Shown here: positions 59,722 through 64,000 of the stretch, piece after piece | How the letters are laid out: the number at the start of each line of letters is the position of its first letter | How positions within the stretch are numbered: the first letter of the stretch is position 1 | From: Rickettsia typhi | GTDB taxonomy: Bacteria; Pseudomonadota; Alphaproteobacteria; Rickettsiales; UBA1997 | Direction of reading: 5' to 3' | NCBI GenBank assembly: GCA_945865905.1 | Contig: CAMBFC010000007.1 | Span: forward strand, 7,706 to 71,705 | DNA: 64,000 nt | Notes under the pieces: model-generated | What the model saw: only the letters and a program-made list of their open reading frames with translations | The model's database searches: none | What the model was told of the DNA's origin: nothing | Translations under genes and position numbers: made by a program

Positions 59722-61434
59722 ATGATAAAATCCCCTCAATTTGATATAGTAATTCCTGTCCATAAAAAAGACCTGGCCATTCTTGAATACTGCATTGAAG
59801 CAGCTCGCAAGAAGATTGTGGGCGTTAGAAGAATCATCACTATTTCACAAGAAAAATACACCGATAGTGCAGAATGGTTTCCTGAATCACAATTTCCTTT
59901 TTCAATGGATTTTGTGCGCCAATATACCGGCGGATCTTGTGGTTGGTATTTTCAGCAGCTTCTCAAGCTTTATGCCCCGCTAGTTATTCCTGATATTTCT
60001 GAAAATGTTTTGATTCTTGATAGTGATACGGTTTTTTTTCGTAAAACCAAAATGTTTGATAATTGCGGTCGGCCATTTTATAACACCAGCAAAGATACTA
60101 AAATATGTCACAAGCCTTTTGATGTTGAGGCTGAAGAGCATATTAATAAATTATGGCCAAAAATCTCGCGTACCAATCTTCCCGTTGAATTTAAAGAAAT
60201 TTCTGGTGTTTGCCATAGCATGATGTTCAATCGTGAGATAATCACCGAATTGTTCGATAAGGTCGAAAAATATGATGACAGCGGCGATAAATTTTTTAAA
60301 ATTTTTTTAAAGCATGCTAACCATGGCCACTCTGCCTCAGAATATCAAATTTATTTTAATTTTTTACTAATTTTTCATAGCAAAAAAATTGCGATGAGAA
60401 AATTAAAATATAAAAATACCGCCGATCTCAATATTAAAAAATATCGTAAGCGCCTAAAATATAGTTATTGCTCTTTCCATTCTTACTTGCGAAAAGGACT
60501 TTGCAATTCTCCGCGCGTGAAAATAGAAAATTTCTTCAAAAAAATCTGGCACAAATTATTTGAAGTAGAGCAGTGGAATATTGGCATTGCAAATTGCAAT
60601 ATTGCACAATTTTTAACAATGCCAAATCAAAAAATTCATTGGCTAAAAAACACGCCACTAAGTGAATTTAGAGCCGATCCTTTTGGTTTGATAAAAGATA
60701 ATAAAAAATTTATCTTTTTTGAAAAATACGATCGCATCAAAAGAAAAGGAAAAATTTCTATTTTAGAAATAGGCGAAAATCTTAAAATTATAAGTGAAAA
60801 AGATGTTTTGGAAAAAAATCACCATTTGTCGTATCCTTATATTTTTTCTCATGAGGCAAAAAATTACGCCTTAGTTGAAAGCCATCGAGCCAAAGAATTG
60901 GTGCTTTACGAGGTTTTGCAAGATTTGCAGCTTAAAAAAATCAAAGTGATTTTTGATAATTTGGAGGTAGTTGATCCATCGATTATTTTTTATGAAAATA
61001 GATTTTGGCTATTCTTTTCTTTAGCCAATGAGGGTGATGCCAATCTTTATATTGCATATGCAGATACATTGGAAGATGTATGGAAAATGCATCCAAAAAA
61101 TCCAGTAAAAAGCGATGTTGCTTCGGCGCGTTCTGCTGGTGAAATTTTTACGCATAATAAAATTTTATATAGACCGGCGCAAAATTGTTCTCGCAGTTAT
61201 GGTGCGGCAATCATGATTAATAAAATCATACAATTAACAACAGAAGAATTTGAAGAAATTGAAGAAATGGAAATCGCGCCAAATCAATTGGGGCAATACC
61301 CTCTCGGTCTTCACAATATTGCATCTTTAGGAAAAAATGTTACGATTATTGATGGTAAAAAAAGATTTTTCGTGCCACATAAAATTTTTATTTATCTCGC
61401 TTTTAAAGTGAGAAAATTCTTAATCAAGTTGTAA
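59722..61434 (+). CDS. Two-domain protein: N-terminal GT-A-fold nucleotide-sugar transferase-like domain (DxD) plus unknown C-terminal domain
   Basis: 570 aa. FDIVIPVHKKDL...GWYFQQLLKLYAPLVIPDISENVLILDSDTVFF is a GT-A-like pattern with DSD. The C-terminal half (ADPF..., LSYPYIF..., DPSIIFYENRFWLFFS) looks like a beta-rich domain. Confidence 0.5.
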   Translation: MIKSPQFDIVIPVHKKDLAILEYCIEAARKKIVGVRRIITISQEKYTDSAEWFPESQFPFSMDFVRQYTGGSCGWYFQQLLKLYAPLVIPDISENVLILDSDTVFFRKTKMFDNCGRPFYNTSKDTKICHKPFDVEAEEHINKLWPKISRTNLPVEFKEISGVCHSMMFNREIITELFDKVEKYDDSGDKFFKIFLKHANHGHSASEYQIYFNFLLIFHSKKIAMRKLKYKNTADLNIKKYRKRLKYSYCSFHSYLRKGLCNSPRVKIENFFKKIWHKLFEVEQWNIGIANCNIAQFLTMPNQKIHWLKNTPLSEFRADPFGLIKDNKKFIFFEKYDRIKRKGKISILEIGENLKIISEKDVLEKNHHLSYPYIFSHEAKNYALVESHRAKELVLYEVLQDLQLKKIKVIFDNLEVVDPSIIFYENRFWLFFSLANEGDANLYIAYADTLEDVWKMHPKNPVKSDVASARSAGEIFTHNKILYRPAQNCSRSYGAAIMINKIIQLTTEEFEEIEEMEIAPNQLGQYPLGLHNIASLGKNVTIIDGKKRFFVPHKIFIYLAFKVRKFLIKL

Positions 61435-61572
61435 ATAAGTTTTATAAAAAAATTTAAATTCAAAAAAAGATAAAATTGTGCAAATCGCCCTTCTTTTGAG
61501 ACAAAGATTTAAACATTGGCGCAAAATCTTAAAAAAAACTAAGTATAATCTGTTATAGCAAGCAAAAACCTC

Positions 61573-61600
61573 TTGTAAATTACCTAAACGGCCCTACAAT
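61573..61600 (+). promoter_or_regulatory. Candidate sigma-70 promoter for fusA
   Basis: TTGTAA, 16-nt spacer, TACAAT; ~40 nt upstream of the fusA start. Confidence 0.4.
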
Positions 61601-61641
61601 GTCGCGCCTTTCATTATTAAAACTAAACAAAAACTGCATTT

Positions 61642-63723
61642 ATGGCACGCGTAATCGAAATCGAAAAATACCGCAACATTGGCATCATGGCGCATATTGA
61701 CGCTGGTAAAACTACTACCACTGAACGCATTCTTTTCTACACAGGAAAATCACACAAAATTGGCGAAGTGCACGATGGCGCTGCTACAATGGATTGGATG
61801 GAACAAGAACAAGAGCGCGGCATCACCATCACTTCTGCCGCAACAACATGTTTCTGGAAAGAGCATCGCATCAACATTATCGATACCCCAGGCCACGTAG
61901 ATTTCACAATTGAAGTTGAGCGCTCTCTTCGCGTTCTTGATGGCGCAATTTGCGTATTCGATGCCGTTGCAGGTGTTGAGCCTCAATCAGAAACAGTATG
62001 GCGCCAAGCTAACAAATACCGCGTTCCACGCATGTGTTTTGTTAACAAAATGGATCGTACTGGTGCCAATTTCTACCGTTGCGTCGAAATGATGAAGACC
62101 CGCCTTGGCGCTAAGCCAATCGCGATCCAATTGCCAATCAATCAAGCTGAAGATTATGGCGGTTTGATCGATCTTGTAAAAATGAAAGCAGTAGTTTGGA
62201 AAGATGAAACTATGGGCGCTGATTTTACTTATGAAGAAATCCCCGCTGATCACAAAGAAAAAGCCGATGAATATCGCGCCATGCTAGTTGAGGCAGCTGT
62301 TGAGCAAGACGATGCTCTTATGGATGCTTATCTTAACGGCGCCGAAATCTCTGAGGCAGATCTTAAGCGCTGCATTCGCAAAGCTGCAATTGCTGGTGCT
62401 TTTGTGCCAGTTTTAAACGGAACTGCCTTCAAAAATAAAGGTGTGCAAACCTTGCTAGATGCAGTAGTTGACTATCTTCCAAGTCCTGTTGATATTAAAG
62501 AAATCCCAGCGATTAACTTAAAAGACGATCAGCCAATTGTTATCAATTGTGGCGATAAAAAATTCGCAGGTCTAGCTTTTAAAATCATGACCGATCCTTT
62601 TGTTGGTTCGCTAACATTCGTTCGTATCTACTCTGGCGTGCTTACAGGTGGTTCAGGCTTAGTCAATACCATCAAAAATTCAAAAGAGCGTGTCGGCCGT
62701 ATTTTGTTGATGCATGCCAATAACCGTGAAGATATAAAAGAGGCTTTCGCCGGCGATATTGTTGCTTTGGCGGGCTTAAAAAATACTACAACAGGTGATA
62801 CTTTGGTCGAGCAAGGAAATGATATCGTGCTTGAACGCATGATTTTCCCAGATCCAGTAATCGAAGTTTCGGTTGAGCCAAAATCTCAAGCTGATCAAGA
62901 AAAAATGGGTATGGCCTTGGGCCGCTTGGCTTCAGAAGATCCTTCTCTTCGCATTGAATCAGATCAAGAATCAGGTCAAACCATCCTTAAAGGCATGGGC
63001 GAGTTGCACTTAGAGATCATCGTTGATCGCATGAGACGCGAATTTAAAGTTGAAGCGAATATTGGTCAACCAAAAGTAGCTTACCGCGAAACCATCACTA
63101 AAAAAGTCGATATCGATTATACGCACAAAAAACAATCAGGTGGTTCAGGACAATTCGCTCGTGTTAAAATCACTTTCGAGCCAATCCTAGATGCAGAAGT
63201 CAAAGAAAACTTCATCTTCGAAAGCAAAGTTGTCGGCGGACGCGTTCCAAAAGAATACATCCCTGGTGTTGAAAAAGGTCTTGAATCAGCTAAAAATAAC
63301 GGCTTCCTAGCTGGTTATCCAGTGGTTCGCCTTAGAACAACACTTACTGATGGCGCTTATCATGATGTCGATTCATCTGCATTAGCTTTCGAAATCGCTG
63401 CCCGCACCGCTTTCCGTGAAGCTATGGAAAAAGCTGGTCCAGTTATTCTAGAGCCAATCATGAAAGTTGAAGTTGTAACGCCTGAAGAATATATGGGTGA
63501 TGTAATCGGCGATATCAACTCTCGTCGTGGACAAATCATCAACCTAGAGCCACGCGATGTTGCGCAAGTAATCACTGCAAAAGTGCCTCTAGCAGCAATG
63601 TTTGGTTATGTAAACTCGCTTCGTTCTTTATCACAAGGTCGCGCCAGCTACGCTATGGAATTTGATTGCTATGAGCAAGTTCCTAACGCAGTTGCTGATG
63701 AAATTAAAGCGAAAAAAGTTTAG
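61642..63723 (+). CDS. fusA: Elongation factor G
   Basis: G1 [10 protein letters not shown]3 DTPGHVDF, G4 NKMD; 693 aa. Confidence 0.98.
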   Translation: MARVIEIEKYRNIGIMAHIDAGKTTTTERILFYTGKSHKIGEVHDGAATMDWMEQEQERGITITSAATTCFWKEHRINIIDTPGHVDFTIEVERSLRVLDGAICVFDAVAGVEPQSETVWRQANKYRVPRMCFVNKMDRTGANFYRCVEMMKTRLGAKPIAIQLPINQAEDYGGLIDLVKMKAVVWKDETMGADFTYEEIPADHKEKADEYRAMLVEAAVEQDDALMDAYLNGAEISEADLKRCIRKAAIAGAFVPVLNGTAFKNKGVQTLLDAVVDYLPSPVDIKEIPAINLKDDQPIVINCGDKKFAGLAFKIMTDPFVGSLTFVRIYSGVLTGGSGLVNTIKNSKERVGRILLMHANNREDIKEAFAGDIVALAGLKNTTTGDTLVEQGNDIVLERMIFPDPVIEVSVEPKSQADQEKMGMALGRLASEDPSLRIESDQESGQTILKGMGELHLEIIVDRMRREFKVEANIGQPKVAYRETITKKVDIDYTHKKQSGGSGQFARVKITFEPILDAEVKENFIFESKVVGGRVPKEYIPGVEKGLESAKNNGFLAGYPVVRLRTTLTDGAYHDVDSSALAFEIAARTAFREAMEKAGPVILEPIMKVEVVTPEEYMGDVIGDINSRRGQIINLEPRDVAQVITAKVPLAAMFGYVNSLRSLSQGRASYAMEFDCYEQVPNAVADEIKAKKV

Positions 63724-63747
63724 TTTTTTGTCTGCAATTATTTTTTT

Positions 63748-63784
63748 GGGGAGGGTATCTTGATTGATATCCTCCCCTTTTTTG
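63748..63784 (+). terminator. Rho-independent terminator after fusA
   Basis: Stem GGGGAGGGTATC/GATATCCTCCCC (one G:T), 6-nt loop, then T7. Confidence 0.8.
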
Positions 63785-63921
63785 TTTTATTTAGATCTTA
63801 TGCCCTTGCTTAAGCCTGCCTTCAACAAATAATTCACCTGCTGTTTATTAATTTTATTTCGCGCGCAAGCACAGCTACATAAAATCAATAAACAGCAGGT
63901 GAATTATTTGTAACGCACAGC
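63785..63921 (+). repeat. Family-A hairpin repeat, copy A5
   Basis: Degenerate terminus TTTAGATCTTATG. Hairpin 63826-63910 has 31-nt arms with one A:C around ATTTCGCGCGCAAGCACAGCTACAT. Tail TAACGCACAGC. Confidence 0.9.
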
Positions 63922-64000
63922 ACAATGTTTTAACAAGCCAAATCAAAAAAGCCTACAACGCAGCACCCCATGTCACAAAAATAAATATACTTGCAAACAT

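Overview
AT-rich bacterial chromosome segment. From gene content and protein signatures I infer an alphaproteobacterium of the intracellular-symbiont type (Rickettsiales/Holosporales-like). I can support 51 protein-coding genes and 2 tRNAs. Almost all are housekeeping: rpoB 3' end and rpoC, PDH E1/E2, sucAB, dnaG-rpoD, rpsL-rpsG and fusA, dnaJ, recR, ftsI, mdh, tmk, nrdB, and single biosynthetic genes (ugd, cysK, queC, hemH, purK, aroB, carA). I saw no rRNA, CRISPR array, transposase, integrase or phage gene. Four things stand out. (1) Twelve intergenic copies of two related families of nested hairpin repeats. Each has a conserved asymmetric core or loop, covarying inner stems, and long copy-specific arms that are perfect or nearly so. 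Some arms contain mirror copies of the neighbouring gene's end. One hairpin fills a whole divergent promoter region. Two loci are ~370-bp composites bounded by an inverted TAGATCTCG terminus. I do not recognise this architecture as a described repeat family. (2) Candidate host-directed proteins: a protein with two eukaryote-type ubiquitin-interacting motifs plus a polybasic C-terminal CaaX box, a signal-less serine hydrolase bracketed by inverted repeat copies, an orphan giant VirB6/TrbL-like membrane protein, and a two-domain glycosyltransferase-like gene wedged between rpsG and fusA. (3) RpoD carries a ~200-aa Lys/Ala-rich N-terminal extension. (4) Conserved operons are widely broken (yejB/yejE, envZ/ompR-like, pdhAB/pdhC, dnaJ without dnaK, an isolated IleRS C-terminal fragment), and several breakpoints sit at repeat copies. 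All calls come from reading the translations and sequence by eye; no database search was run.
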